A stretch of 64,000 bases of DNA from a bacterium (lineage in GTDB: Bacteria; Bdellovibrionota_C; UBA2361; CALJRW01), in assembly GCA_031385045.1 (NCBI GenBank), contig JANNBC010000048.1:54321-118320 (forward strand), in the 5' to 3' direction. This document shows, piece after piece, positions 10,296 to 20,216 of the stretch. The notes beneath the pieces are model-generated. The model ran no database searches. It was not told where the DNA came from and saw nothing but the letters and a program-made list of their open reading frames with translations. The position numbers and the translations under genes were made by a program. Position 1 is the stretch's first letter. Each line of letters opens with the position of its first letter.

Positions 10296-10976
10296 CTATG
10301 GAAAGTTTATCTCTGCAACTTGATTGGAATTAATTAATAGTGGCTCAATCTGAAAGGGAACAAAGCCAAGATCTGCAACCGAGAGAGTCGTCCCATCAGG
10401 AGAGGACTGCAGAGCTGTCAAAATCTCTAGGATCTCTTGCTTAGTTAACAATATCTCCCCCAAATCATTAGTCTTCAACCCGATTAGTTCTCGAGAACTC
10501 GGGCACGGGGCCGTTACACAACGAATGCCAGTATCAATCATCAATTTAACTTCCTGATTCTTGAGCACGACAGTTTGTGATTTTAAGAGCAATTTGAGTT
10601 GTAAGCCATCAATTGATTGAAGCTCCGCGAAAGTGCGACATTTTTGATTATAACAAAGACTTTTAGTCGTCCTTAGAGCTTGATCTAAAGAACAAGATTG
10701 GGAAGGATAATGGCAGATCTCCTGTAGCTCCGCTCGATGTTTAATTAGCTGCGAAATAATTTCAGAATCTGTATGAGCAACATCAGCAGCGCACAAGTCC
10801 CAATTAATACTAGCAGTCTGACATACTACCCCACTACTACAAGTATTTTTTATCGTAGAAACTAACTGTTGATAATTCCTCTCAACCGCTTGGCAATCAA
10901 TTCTTCCTTGCTCTGCAACACTTATATTTGCAAGTAAAAAAATACTAAATAAATATCTTAGAAAAGCTTGATCCAT
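10296..10976 (-). CDS. secreted cysteine-rich hypothetical protein
   Basis: N-terminal signal peptide (LFSIFLLANISVA). More than 12 Cys in 226 aa. Confidence 0.4.
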   Translation of the reverse strand: MDQAFLRYLFSIFLLANISVAEQGRIDCQAVERNYQQLVSTIKNTCSSGVVCQTASINWDLCAADVAHTDSEIISQLIKHRAELQEICHYPSQSCSLDQALRTTKSLCYNQKCRTFAELQSIDGLQLKLLLKSQTVVLKNQEVKLMIDTGIRCVTAPCPSSRELIGLKTNDLGEILLTKQEILEILTALQSSPDGTTLSVADLGFVPFQIEPLLINSNQVAEINFP

Positions 10977-11008
10977 TGGGAATTTTTATTCAAATCAATA
11001 ATCTTTGG

Positions 11009-11866
11009 TTAATTAAACATCGTGCATTGATCGAGTCTTGGTCTTTTAATTAAAATTTTTATTGTAGTTTCAATCGCATCATATTGCATTGCCACTCGTT
11101 CTTTTAAATCATCAGTAGTTAAGGTTTCCACAGTAATTGACATGCAATGCTCACCGTTAGTCACAAATCTATCCAGTAATGCCGCCTCACGAAGATGTAA
11201 ATTTTGATTATCTTCCGTACAGTGAATTACGCCAGCATTAATTTCAGCACCATAAAGTCGCTTAGCATGGTGGACCAAATGTCCTGAACTCTGCCAATTA
11301 TCAATAATCCTACCTGCAATCGGATAGGTATGGTTTGGAACACCATGTAAATACAAATAAGATCCTATTGGATCATCAGACTCTCCCAAATCCATTGGAG
11401 AGGTTGGATTATCCTCATGAAGGTGTAGTAAAAAATCTATCGATTTTCCCCATCTGTTCATCGATAAGATTAACTGCCTAGCTTCAGGAACATTTGTCTC
11501 AAAATAAAACTCACGATTAATATCTTGACCTTTAGCTGTCAATCGCGTTCCAGCATTAAATCCATCAGGATTGACGCATGGGTAATAAACTAAATTAACC
11601 TGATCGAGATACTTATGGGCTTCATTAGTCCAAAATTTATGAGCTGCTTCAACCCCAGCAACTTCATCCCCATGAGTTCCAGCAACAATCATTAAGGTTG
11701 GTAAATTTGGATCTGTAATCTGAGTCAGCATAACAAGAGCCTTTCCTAGCTGTGAATAACCATAGCAAGTTCGTTTTTGATGAATAAAATCAGCTGAAGA
11801 ATCAAGCAATGATTTTAGTAGTTTTGCAGAGGGAGCTTGTGCTTCAAATCGGCTCGACAACATCAT
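11009..11866 (-). CDS. M14-like zinc carboxypeptidase / AstE-AspA family deacylase
   Basis: Zn-binding motif VAGTHGDEVAG and a downstream HLHED block typical of the succinylglutamate desuccinylase/aspartoacylase family. Confidence 0.6.
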   Translation of the reverse strand: MMLSSRFEAQAPSAKLLKSLLDSSADFIHQKRTCYGYSQLGKALVMLTQITDPNLPTLMIVAGTHGDEVAGVEAAHKFWTNEAHKYLDQVNLVYYPCVNPDGFNAGTRLTAKGQDINREFYFETNVPEARQLILSMNRWGKSIDFLLHLHEDNPTSPMDLGESDDPIGSYLYLHGVPNHTYPIAGRIIDNWQSSGHLVHHAKRLYGAEINAGVIHCTEDNQNLHLREAALLDRFVTNGEHCMSITVETLTTDDLKERVAMQYDAIETTIKILIKRPRLDQCTMFN

Positions 11867-12252
11867 AAAATTGAACCTTATTAAGATCTATAGTGAGTCC
11901 AAAAAATAAATTACTTTAAAAACTGACGATTTTGTTTGGACTCCCTATTTATGTTGTTTTTAGCTATGCAAACTTGGATATCCACCGCCGCAATTGCTTC
12001 GGCGTGACAAGAATCCAAGATTTGCATTAGCCGTAATGACAGTATTTAATTTACTAACGTAAATTATTTTTTGTCATTACTTTACAATTCAGTAAAGGTT
12101 TTATTAGCTTGATCCTAAAAAATCCTTACCCTTGTTCTCAATATCCTCCAATTTTTGTTGATAACCTAGAAAAATCTTAATTCTATGAATGGTTGTTCTT
12201 TTTTAAAGGAATTAATTGGATTAAGAAAAATTTATGATTTATACACCAAAGA

Positions 12253-12483
12253 TTACTTAATTCGTAAGTCGCAACTCTCATCTATTAAATCATAAATTAT
12301 TTCCGCCTCACCTCTTTCTAGCTGACGAATGACCTGAGAAACTTTTTGATCAAGCGAGTATTCCTCCATTCCATAATCAGTGCCTTCTCTTAAAATAAAA
12401 GACTCAATGACACCTCTTAAGGCTTCAACAGATAATTCTTGATAAGAAACTACGATTAAATTTTTTGATTCATTCTGAGACAT
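12253..12483 (-). CDS. yheU: YheU family protein (UPF0270)
   Basis: 76 aa with the conserved ESFILREGTDYG block, as in E. coli YheU. Confidence 0.65.
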   Translation of the reverse strand: MSQNESKNLIVVSYQELSVEALRGVIESFILREGTDYGMEEYSLDQKVSQVIRQLERGEAEIIYDLIDESCDLRIK

Positions 12484-12485
12484 AG

Positions 12486-15400
12486 CTATACTATTTTTAC
12501 TTCTAAGGTTTCTAAATAAACTATTTTACATGAAATTTGACTAAAAGGGATTTGATACATTTCACTAACCGCTTCCTTGTAGCTTTCGAGCTGTTCTGTA
12601 TGAAATTGATAATGCTTAGACGGGATTAAATCACTTTTAAAATCAATAATCTCAGCATACTTTACTTGACCATTCAAACAGCCAAGAACTAAGCGATCAA
12701 TTGTCCCGACACTTAAACCTTTTTGTGTAACTACAGTAAAACGCCGCTCTCGCTCTACTTTTAAATCATGATTAACCCATTGCTGATAACTGGCTCTGCT
12801 TAATAAATTAATAATTGCCGGCTCTTGGATATTTTTTAGAAAGAAAGCTACAGCTTCATGTACTTCTTCCTCGGCACAGAGATGCTGTCCATTAGACCAG
12901 TCTAATAAATCTTTTAAAACTCTTTCCGGCTGAGCGGAAAAAGTATCAATCCAATCAATTGATTCGTAGAGGCGATGTAAAAGTGTCCCTTTATTCCGAG
13001 CTTTCTTACCCTCGATACTATGCCCGCGAAACTGTACTTTCGTTTTAGTTTTAGAAGGAGTAACACGAGGAATATTTCTTAATCCTAAGGTCTGAGTGCC
13101 CGCAAAGTTTGGATTAAGTGAAATCACTATCTCAGGTTTCACTTCCTGATTGTTTTTACTAATCAACCGATTCCAATTAATATCCCCTTCAGAATAAATC
13201 AGTTGCGCCTCGATTATATCAGCATTTTTTCCTTTAGACTTCTTCCGACTATCTTGGCTAGCAATAACTTGATTAGCATTTGCTAACAGCTTTCCAACTG
13301 TTGCAGAAGATTTTTGAGTATCTGTAAAAAGATATAGTGCATAACGTGCCCTAGTAAGTGCAACATATAAAACACTTAAAGCATCAACAGCTTCAGCAAC
13401 TTGTTCTTCATGATATGGCGCATTAAGTTCAGAATGAATTACTCTTACCTTTTCTGGAAGACTAACTAGGACTCTACTTGGCGCTTCAAAGATAGAACTT
13501 TTATAAGTCATGACTGGCTTAGCATGGAAGCGGCTAATCTCATGATCTAAATCTGCCAAGAAAACAGCATCAAATTCTAATCCTTTAGATTGATGAATTG
13601 TCATTACCTTCACAGGACTTTGTTCTGGATCAGGTATTTTCAATTTTCTAACATATTCTACAAATGCCGTGAGCGAAGCAGTCTTTCCTTGGTTAAAGGT
13701 AATTGTGGCATTCACTACCTGTTGTAACTTTGTTTGGTCTCTGGCGGCACACAAAGAATCAAGTTGTCTCGCTAATTCGGCTAAAACTGACCTGAGATTT
13801 TGATTAAGCAATTTATTTCGAAAATTTCTTCCAAGCAGATCAAGCTCTTCTAAAGAAGCAGTTCTTGCTATCCCAAAAGCCTCAGCCAAAGGAGAACTAG
13901 CTACATGATAATGAGCAATTCTATCCGCGGGATGATCCATTAGCCAAAGAAAGGAGAGTAGCGTTGTCACCACTGGCGAATCAGTTAAGAATGAGCCACC
14001 CTCACCACTTGCAGGCACAGAACGTTTTTTGAGTTCATATAAACACTTAGCTAAAGCTTGATGATTTCGAACTAATACTCCAATCGAAATAGTAGGGTTC
14101 GCTAAATAAAGACTTTGAACCTGATCCGCCATTAAAGTAATAGAAGACTCCTCTCCCACTGCAACAAACGATACATACCCAGGAAGTTCTTGATTAAACG
14201 CAGTATGCCGATCAAAACGTTTCTGCCAAATAGATCCAGCTTGTTGGAAGCGAGCAAGAACAGTATTCTCACTGATTTTTTCAAAAATATAATTCACATA
14301 GTCCAAAACAATTTGAGAAGAGCGACGAGACACCTCTAACCGCTCAGTCTCTAGCTGCTCCCAACGCGACTCAAGCTGATCAAATATTTCGGCAACCCCA
14401 CCACGAAAACCATAAATCGCTTGTTTCGTATCACCAACACAAAAAAAACTATGACTTCCATCAGCATGAGCTAGCACCTCAGCTACAATTGGTTCTAATA
14501 AAACCCATTCGGCAAGTGATGTATCTTGAAATTCATCTAATAAAATATGATTAATTTTAGTATCAATTCTAAAATATAAATCGGTCAGATTTTCAGAAAT
14601 TGTTGCTTGTTGTAAAAGTCTTTTGATATCATCAAAAGACACAGCGTTAGCTAGATTACGTTGCCCCTCATAAAGTTGCACCAGACTTTCCATTAAAACT
14701 CTTAGTGCAACCGTTTGCTGATGGGTTCGATTTAAAACACGATAACGAATTTGTTGAACGATTGGTCGAGTAAGTTGTAAAAGCTCCTCAGGAATCTCTA
14801 CTTTATTGAAGGAATCTGGTTCTCCAATAATTAGCTTCTGTAAAAGCTTACTGTCCTCATTTAAGCTCCTCCCTTCCCAGTATCCAGAGCCATTAACTAA
14901 ATCAATAATTTTATTTAATCCATTTTGGAAATGTATGTTGGGCTTGCCAGATTTATTAAGTGGAACTGAAAAATTTTGAAGTTGCTTGATTGCTTCCAGT
15001 AAATCTTCTGCTTTCGGCTCCGGACATTGAAAATCACAATTCCATGATTCTTTGGTACTTGTATAGATCAGCTCTTGTAGTTTAGAGACTTTATCAACTA
15101 AGGCACCATGAACCTTGCGAGTTCCTTGGTTATTTTGAAGTAAGGCAAGCAACTCTAATAGCTTTGCACTATCCTGACAAAGCTCTTTTACTGCTTCATC
15201 AAAAAATGTTGTTGTTTCCGATGGATCTAAGATCCGCCAACTTGTAGGCAACCTCAACTCGGCGGTAAAACTTTTTGCCAGACTAATAAAAAAGCTATCT
15301 AAGGTCCTAATCTGTAAGCGGTGTTGAAAGGCAATGAAATTTTTTAAAGTTACCACAACCTTTTCCAGTTTTAAATTAGCAATATCTAACTCCTGGCCAA

Positions 15401-15647
15401 GTTGCCTAGCTTTTTGTGAATCTGTTGCTCCCACAACCAAACGTTGGAGAATACGTTCCCGAATTTCGCCTGCTGCCTTTTTTGTAAAAGTTGTTGCCAA
15501 AATCTTATCAGGCTGTTCACCAAAGAGTAATAATTGTAAGTAACGTGACGATAGCTGAAAGGTTTTTCCTGTTCCAGCGCTAGCACGAACAACTTTTGGT
15601 GGTAGTAAGGACTCCACAGATAGATTAGACATCGGCTTCCTCTTCAA
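12486..15647 (-). CDS. addA: AddA-type helicase-nuclease subunit (UvrD-like helicase with a C-terminal PD-(D/E)XK nuclease)
   Basis: Walker A ASAGTGKT at the N-terminus. C-terminal RecB-type nuclease motif GTIDRLVL…AEIIDFKSD. 1053 aa, overlapping the upstream addB. Confidence 0.8.
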   Translation of the reverse strand: MKRKPMSNLSVESLLPPKVVRASAGTGKTFQLSSRYLQLLLFGEQPDKILATTFTKKAAGEIRERILQRLVVGATDSQKARQLGQELDIANLKLEKVVVTLKNFIAFQHRLQIRTLDSFFISLAKSFTAELRLPTSWRILDPSETTTFFDEAVKELCQDSAKLLELLALLQNNQGTRKVHGALVDKVSKLQELIYTSTKESWNCDFQCPEPKAEDLLEAIKQLQNFSVPLNKSGKPNIHFQNGLNKIIDLVNGSGYWEGRSLNEDSKLLQKLIIGEPDSFNKVEIPEELLQLTRPIVQQIRYRVLNRTHQQTVALRVLMESLVQLYEGQRNLANAVSFDDIKRLLQQATISENLTDLYFRIDTKINHILLDEFQDTSLAEWVLLEPIVAEVLAHADGSHSFFCVGDTKQAIYGFRGGVAEIFDQLESRWEQLETERLEVSRRSSQIVLDYVNYIFEKISENTVLARFQQAGSIWQKRFDRHTAFNQELPGYVSFVAVGEESSITLMADQVQSLYLANPTISIGVLVRNHQALAKCLYELKKRSVPASGEGGSFLTDSPVVTTLLSFLWLMDHPADRIAHYHVASSPLAEAFGIARTASLEELDLLGRNFRNKLLNQNLRSVLAELARQLDSLCAARDQTKLQQVVNATITFNQGKTASLTAFVEYVRKLKIPDPEQSPVKVMTIHQSKGLEFDAVFLADLDHEISRFHAKPVMTYKSSIFEAPSRVLVSLPEKVRVIHSELNAPYHEEQVAEAVDALSVLYVALTRARYALYLFTDTQKSSATVGKLLANANQVIASQDSRKKSKGKNADIIEAQLIYSEGDINWNRLISKNNQEVKPEIVISLNPNFAGTQTLGLRNIPRVTPSKTKTKVQFRGHSIEGKKARNKGTLLHRLYESIDWIDTFSAQPERVLKDLLDWSNGQHLCAEEEVHEAVAFFLKNIQEPAIINLLSRASYQQWVNHDLKVERERRFTVVTQKGLSVGTIDRLVLGCLNGQVKYAEIIDFKSDLIPSKHYQFHTEQLESYKEAVSEMYQIPFSQISCKIVYLETLEVKIV

Positions 15648-18393
15648 TAAACTGACTAGTTCCTAGCAGGGAAGCAAAAGCATCTCCGGGGTAAGACTGT
15701 TCGCTTGGAGGCCAAAACTCTTGACGACGGATTCTACGAATTATATCCGAGGCAACTTCACAAGCATCGGCTAACTCTTCTTTAGTCCAATTAACAAATG
15801 TCACCATTTTCTCTAATGGCAATTCAGGCACTAGGCGTATATAGCCCAGTTGCATTTCCCCAGAGAAACCATTTTGACTTAAAATATAATGATAAAGTGG
15901 TAACTGGAGATCGATCCAAGCATGATCTTTACGATGAGCTTTTTCAGGCTCTAGTGTTTTTTCTCCTAACTTATAATCAAACACTGCCCATATTTTTTGA
16001 GTTGGATGATAATCAATCCGATCAATCCGACCATAGATATGAAAATCTTCTCCATCAACGGTCATCAGAGTCCCAGCAGATTTTTGAGGGTATTCAATCT
16101 CTTTGGTAATCCATCCAGCCTGTCGCCAACCAACTTGCCAATTTGCAAACTGTTTTAATCTAATTCGCAACTGCTCTCTTTGAATGATCACAGCCGGCAA
16201 GGGATTGGTTCCAAATTGTTCTAAAAAAACTTCATCAAGAACTTCAGAAAGCTTGTTAAGCACATTTTCTAAAGAGCTATTTTTAAGCCCAACATCGCTA
16301 CGAATAAATCTTGCTAAAACTTCATGTCCTAAGTTACCAAACAATCTTCCATCCATTTCCAACATTAATGGATTAACTTCAGCTAGTTTTAATATATGTA
16401 ATAAATAAAACCGATAGGGACAAGACAAATAACTTCTAAATGCGGTGACTGACAAAATAGTAAGCGGTCGCATTTGTTTTTCGGGTTTAGGCGGAATCTC
16501 CCACTTAGCAATTCTACTAACCGCCTCACTTGCAGTACCTAAAGTTCTTACTGGTAAGTCTGTTAAATAAAGCTGTCTGACTTTTGATAAAAAATTTTCT
16601 TCGCCACTACTAACAAGCAAACGACTTGGTAAAAGTGAATTGCCTTCTGCATCAAAATGAAAATAAAGCAGCTTTAAATGTGGAACCGAGTTAACTAATG
16701 CTAATAAGACAAAAGCATCTCTAGCATAACGACGTTCATTATCTAATAGTCCAAGGTGCTTACGAACGCTTTGTGGCAAAAAAGGATCCGAATTAAGAGA
16801 CTCTGGAACCAGTCCCTCGTTCATTCCACAAACTACAATTACTGGAGCGTCTTCTAGTTGCAACTCTAACCATCCAAGTGTATCAATTTCTGAAGAATCT
16901 CTTTCCTTGGGGAGATTAATTTCAGCAACAAGTTTTAAAAAAAGATCTAGCGCCTCTGCCCCAGAAACTTCAGGCAATAAAGTATTTTGAGCTTCAGCAA
17001 TTAAATTCCAGACGCTGTCCATTGCTTCTAACTCCGCCTGAAATTCTGATGCTTCAGGATAAAAAGCTAAAAGTAAATTCTGTAGATCAGTAATCCATAA
17101 TTCCAAAGACCTAGTCGCATAGCGAAAAGGTGCCAAAATATCTTCTAATACTTCTTCTGCTTGAATAGCATATTGCTCCTCAGGTTTTAATTTCTTAGGG
17201 TGCTTAAAGACCTCTGACTGTAAATGATTCATTTGAAAAAGATCTAAATTTGCAATCAAAGAATCAAGTTCAGACAACCCTTGAAGCAAAAGTTTCGGTC
17301 TTAATAAACTTTCAACTTCTGGAAAACGAATTAGATCATAAAAATCATTAATTTTTCTACTACTTAAGAATCGAGAAATTTTGGCTAATAATTGTCCTGG
17401 CCTCGTTTCAGATAAAGCTACTCCTGCTGGATCATGAAGTTTTTGCCCAGCTTCAAGAAAGATACTCTCAAGGTAAGGCATAAGTTTTTGATCAGTATGA
17501 CCAAGGATAATTTCACTATGATGATAATTTCCATTTAGATCGTTAATGATTCCTAATGTTGCAACTGCCTGATCGCGAGCATCAACAGTAGGGATAATTA
17601 ATTCACTATTAATTTCCAGAGCACGCTCAAACCAAGCATCAGTTTTAATACTTCCATAAAGATCAAAAGCATCTTGTTCTGATTCCGGGGCATGAATTAA
17701 AGAGAAAACAGGACAACTCAATTGATCAATCATTTGACAGGTCACGAGATTAAGCTCACGCACAGCACAAATAATAATCGTACCTTGATACTTAATTTCT
17801 TTAAGCTGAATCGCCGTTAGTCGAGCTCGATGCCGATCTGTTAAATTTGCCTGAGATAAACTATTTAAATAATCTTCTTGGATTCCAGCTAAAATCTCCC
17901 ACCGGGAATCTTCTGGGGCAATGGGCATTTCCGCAATTTTGCTACCAGCCTCAGCAAATGTCATTAAATTAGCTGATAACTCAGAATCTAAACTAGCAAT
18001 GTTCTTGGCAATTCCAAACCAACTTCCTAAGTTCTCTTTACTTGGAAGAAGTCCAGCAATTTGCCTAACACATTCTGGCTGAAATTTAGTTAAAACATCG
18101 ATCCTTGCAAGGTTAGCTTCTAATTCACTGGCGACAGGAAGGTGTGAAAGATAAAGTTTTTCTGGCAGAGAACCTGTCGTGATAAATGTTGGTGGCGTTA
18201 GAATTAATTTTTGTTCCTGAGCATAGAGCGCTAACTTTTCTTGTAGCCTCCGCCCAGCCTTTGCACCAGTAAAAACGAGTAAACACTCCCCAAGGTTAAG
18301 CTCCAGATCACAGGAATATCTCTCAACTAGAAATTTTAAAATTCCATCTAAAGCTGGCTGTTTCCAGTCACAGAAAATTCGTTCTGGGGTCAT
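15625..18393 (-). CDS. addB: AddB-type subunit (inactivated helicase with a C-terminal PD-(D/E)XK nuclease)
   Basis: 922 aa with a degenerate Walker A. C-terminal nuclease motif GRIDRIDYHP…AVFDYKLGE. Its 3' end overlaps the addA start. Confidence 0.75.
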   Translation of the reverse strand: MTPERIFCDWKQPALDGILKFLVERYSCDLELNLGECLLVFTGAKAGRRLQEKLALYAQEQKLILTPPTFITTGSLPEKLYLSHLPVASELEANLARIDVLTKFQPECVRQIAGLLPSKENLGSWFGIAKNIASLDSELSANLMTFAEAGSKIAEMPIAPEDSRWEILAGIQEDYLNSLSQANLTDRHRARLTAIQLKEIKYQGTIIICAVRELNLVTCQMIDQLSCPVFSLIHAPESEQDAFDLYGSIKTDAWFERALEINSELIIPTVDARDQAVATLGIINDLNGNYHHSEIILGHTDQKLMPYLESIFLEAGQKLHDPAGVALSETRPGQLLAKISRFLSSRKINDFYDLIRFPEVESLLRPKLLLQGLSELDSLIANLDLFQMNHLQSEVFKHPKKLKPEEQYAIQAEEVLEDILAPFRYATRSLELWITDLQNLLLAFYPEASEFQAELEAMDSVWNLIAEAQNTLLPEVSGAEALDLFLKLVAEINLPKERDSSEIDTLGWLELQLEDAPVIVVCGMNEGLVPESLNSDPFLPQSVRKHLGLLDNERRYARDAFVLLALVNSVPHLKLLYFHFDAEGNSLLPSRLLVSSGEENFLSKVRQLYLTDLPVRTLGTASEAVSRIAKWEIPPKPEKQMRPLTILSVTAFRSYLSCPYRFYLLHILKLAEVNPLMLEMDGRLFGNLGHEVLARFIRSDVGLKNSSLENVLNKLSEVLDEVFLEQFGTNPLPAVIIQREQLRIRLKQFANWQVGWRQAGWITKEIEYPQKSAGTLMTVDGEDFHIYGRIDRIDYHPTQKIWAVFDYKLGEKTLEPEKAHRKDHAWIDLQLPLYHYILSQNGFSGEMQLGYIRLVPELPLEKMVTFVNWTKEELADACEVASDIIRRIRRQEFWPPSEQSYPGDAFASLLGTSQFIEEEADV

Positions 18394-18531
18394 GAAGCGA
18401 CTATGGTAGATAAAATGGACAGCTTCAACTTACATTCTTTAAAAGAATAGACTAGAATGAACCTGAGTTTTTAAGAAATTCTAACATTGAAAAATTACTA
18501 TTACAATCGATAAGCAAGATTTCAAACCACC

Positions 18532-18804
18532 ATGTCAAAAACAATAGATTTAAAAATTCAAGTCTCTGTTCGTGCCAAAAAATCAGAGATTCGCGGCTGG
18601 CATGAAGACCGCATCAAAGTGAGTTTAGCGGCTATTCCCGAAGATGGCTTGGCAAATAAAGAATTAGTAAAATTATTTTCAACAATTTTAAAGATTCCTA
18701 AAAGTCAGATTAACTTAATCCAAGGTTCGCAATCTAAATTTAAAACCTTACGGATCTCTGGCCTCGAGTTAGAAAATCTACCTTCGTCTTGTCAAAGACC
18801 TTAA
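18532..18804 (+). CDS. yggU: DUF167/YggU family protein
   Basis: 90 aa; the pattern …KVSLAAIPEDGLANKELVKLFS…KSQINLIQG matches YggU (UPF0235). Confidence 0.6.
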   Translation: MSKTIDLKIQVSVRAKKSEIRGWHEDRIKVSLAAIPEDGLANKELVKLFSTILKIPKSQINLIQGSQSKFKTLRISGLELENLPSSCQRP

Positions 18805-18927
18805 TTATCAATAATATCCTAAAAAATATGTTTTTTATAATATCTTAATGGACTAAAACAGGCTAAAACCTTGTCTGCCTTTCATGGCCTAAGCTACGTG
18901 TAAATAAGAACTTTCAAATTAAATTTT

Positions 18928-20181
18928 ATGTCTAAGTTAAGCAAACTTAATTCTGAACAAATGGCCTGGATCGCTGTGATGGTTGCAGCGCTCGGTTATT
19001 TTGTTGATGTTTTTGATATGTGGCTTTTTGGTAATTTTCGAGTTGCCAGTCTGCAATCTTTAGGTTTAGGGCCAGAAGAGATTACTAACGTTGGTGTTAC
19101 CTTACTTAACTGGCAGCAGGCCGGCTTTCTGATCGGTGGATTTATCTGGGGAGTCATGGGAGATAAAATGGGTCGCATGCAGGTTATGTTCGGCTCCATC
19201 TTGATCTATTCACTAGCAACTTTTTTAAATGCCTTTGTCACTGATATCACCCAGTACGCTATCTTAAGATTTATTAGTGGCTTGGGACTTGCTGGAGAAA
19301 TAGGAGCCGGGATCACATTAATTGTAGAACTCCTACCTCGAGCAAAACGTGGTGTCGGGACAACTATTGTTACCTGCTTAGGTGTATCTGGTGCCGTCGC
19401 TGCAGCAATTGCTGGCAAATATCTAGACTGGAAAACTGCTTACATTGTTGGTGGCTTAATGGGCTTTGCACTTTTAGGCTTAAGACTCTTTGTGCATGAA
19501 TCAGGAATGTATAATAAAGTTAAAGAAAAATCGGATGTTCCTCGCGGTTCGTTATTACTGATCTTTGGACACTCTCGTCGCTTTCTTCGTTATTTTAGTT
19601 GCGTGATTTTAGGTATTCCCATTTATCTATGCTTTGGACTAATGGTTACTTTCTCTCCTGAGATTGTCGGTGCTTTTGGTATAACTGAAAAATTTATTGT
19701 ACCGGACGTTATGATTTATGGTGCAATTGGTCTAACACTCGGTGATTTATTTGCTGGTATCCTTAGCCAGTATCTCCAGAGTCGAAAAAAAGCAATTTTA
19801 ATTTTCTTAAGTTGTGCCACTATATTAGGACTGATTGTAGCTAGTGGAGTACCAAGTACTATTTTTCAATATAAAATTCTAATTGGATTAATGGCTTTGT
19901 TTACTGGCTACTGGGCTTGTCTAATTACAACGTCGGCCGAACAATTTGGCACAAATATTCGGGCAACTGTTGCTACCACTGTTCCAAATATTATCCGAGG
20001 AACATCAATTTTACTCACTATGGCATTTGCTCATTTAAAGCCTAGTATCGGAATTGGTAATTCTATTTTATTAATTACGATTGTTGTCTTTGGATTGTGT
20101 TTTTTAGCACTGCTTGGAATCCAAGAAACATTTCATAGGGATTTGGATTATGTGGAGACTAAGTCTAAAAAATTGACTTAA
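18928..20181 (+). CDS. MFS transporter
   Basis: About 12 predicted TM helices. MFS-like loop motif GDKMGRM after TM2. Confidence 0.65.
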   Translation: MSKLSKLNSEQMAWIAVMVAALGYFVDVFDMWLFGNFRVASLQSLGLGPEEITNVGVTLLNWQQAGFLIGGFIWGVMGDKMGRMQVMFGSILIYSLATFLNAFVTDITQYAILRFISGLGLAGEIGAGITLIVELLPRAKRGVGTTIVTCLGVSGAVAAAIAGKYLDWKTAYIVGGLMGFALLGLRLFVHESGMYNKVKEKSDVPRGSLLLIFGHSRRFLRYFSCVILGIPIYLCFGLMVTFSPEIVGAFGITEKFIVPDVMIYGAIGLTLGDLFAGILSQYLQSRKKAILIFLSCATILGLIVASGVPSTIFQYKILIGLMALFTGYWACLITTSAEQFGTNIRATVATTVPNIIRGTSILLTMAFAHLKPSIGIGNSILLITIVVFGLCFLALLGIQETFHRDLDYVETKSKKLT

Positions 20182-20216
20182 AAGTGATATTCAGTTTTTG
20201 AGCTTATTAGATGAAA

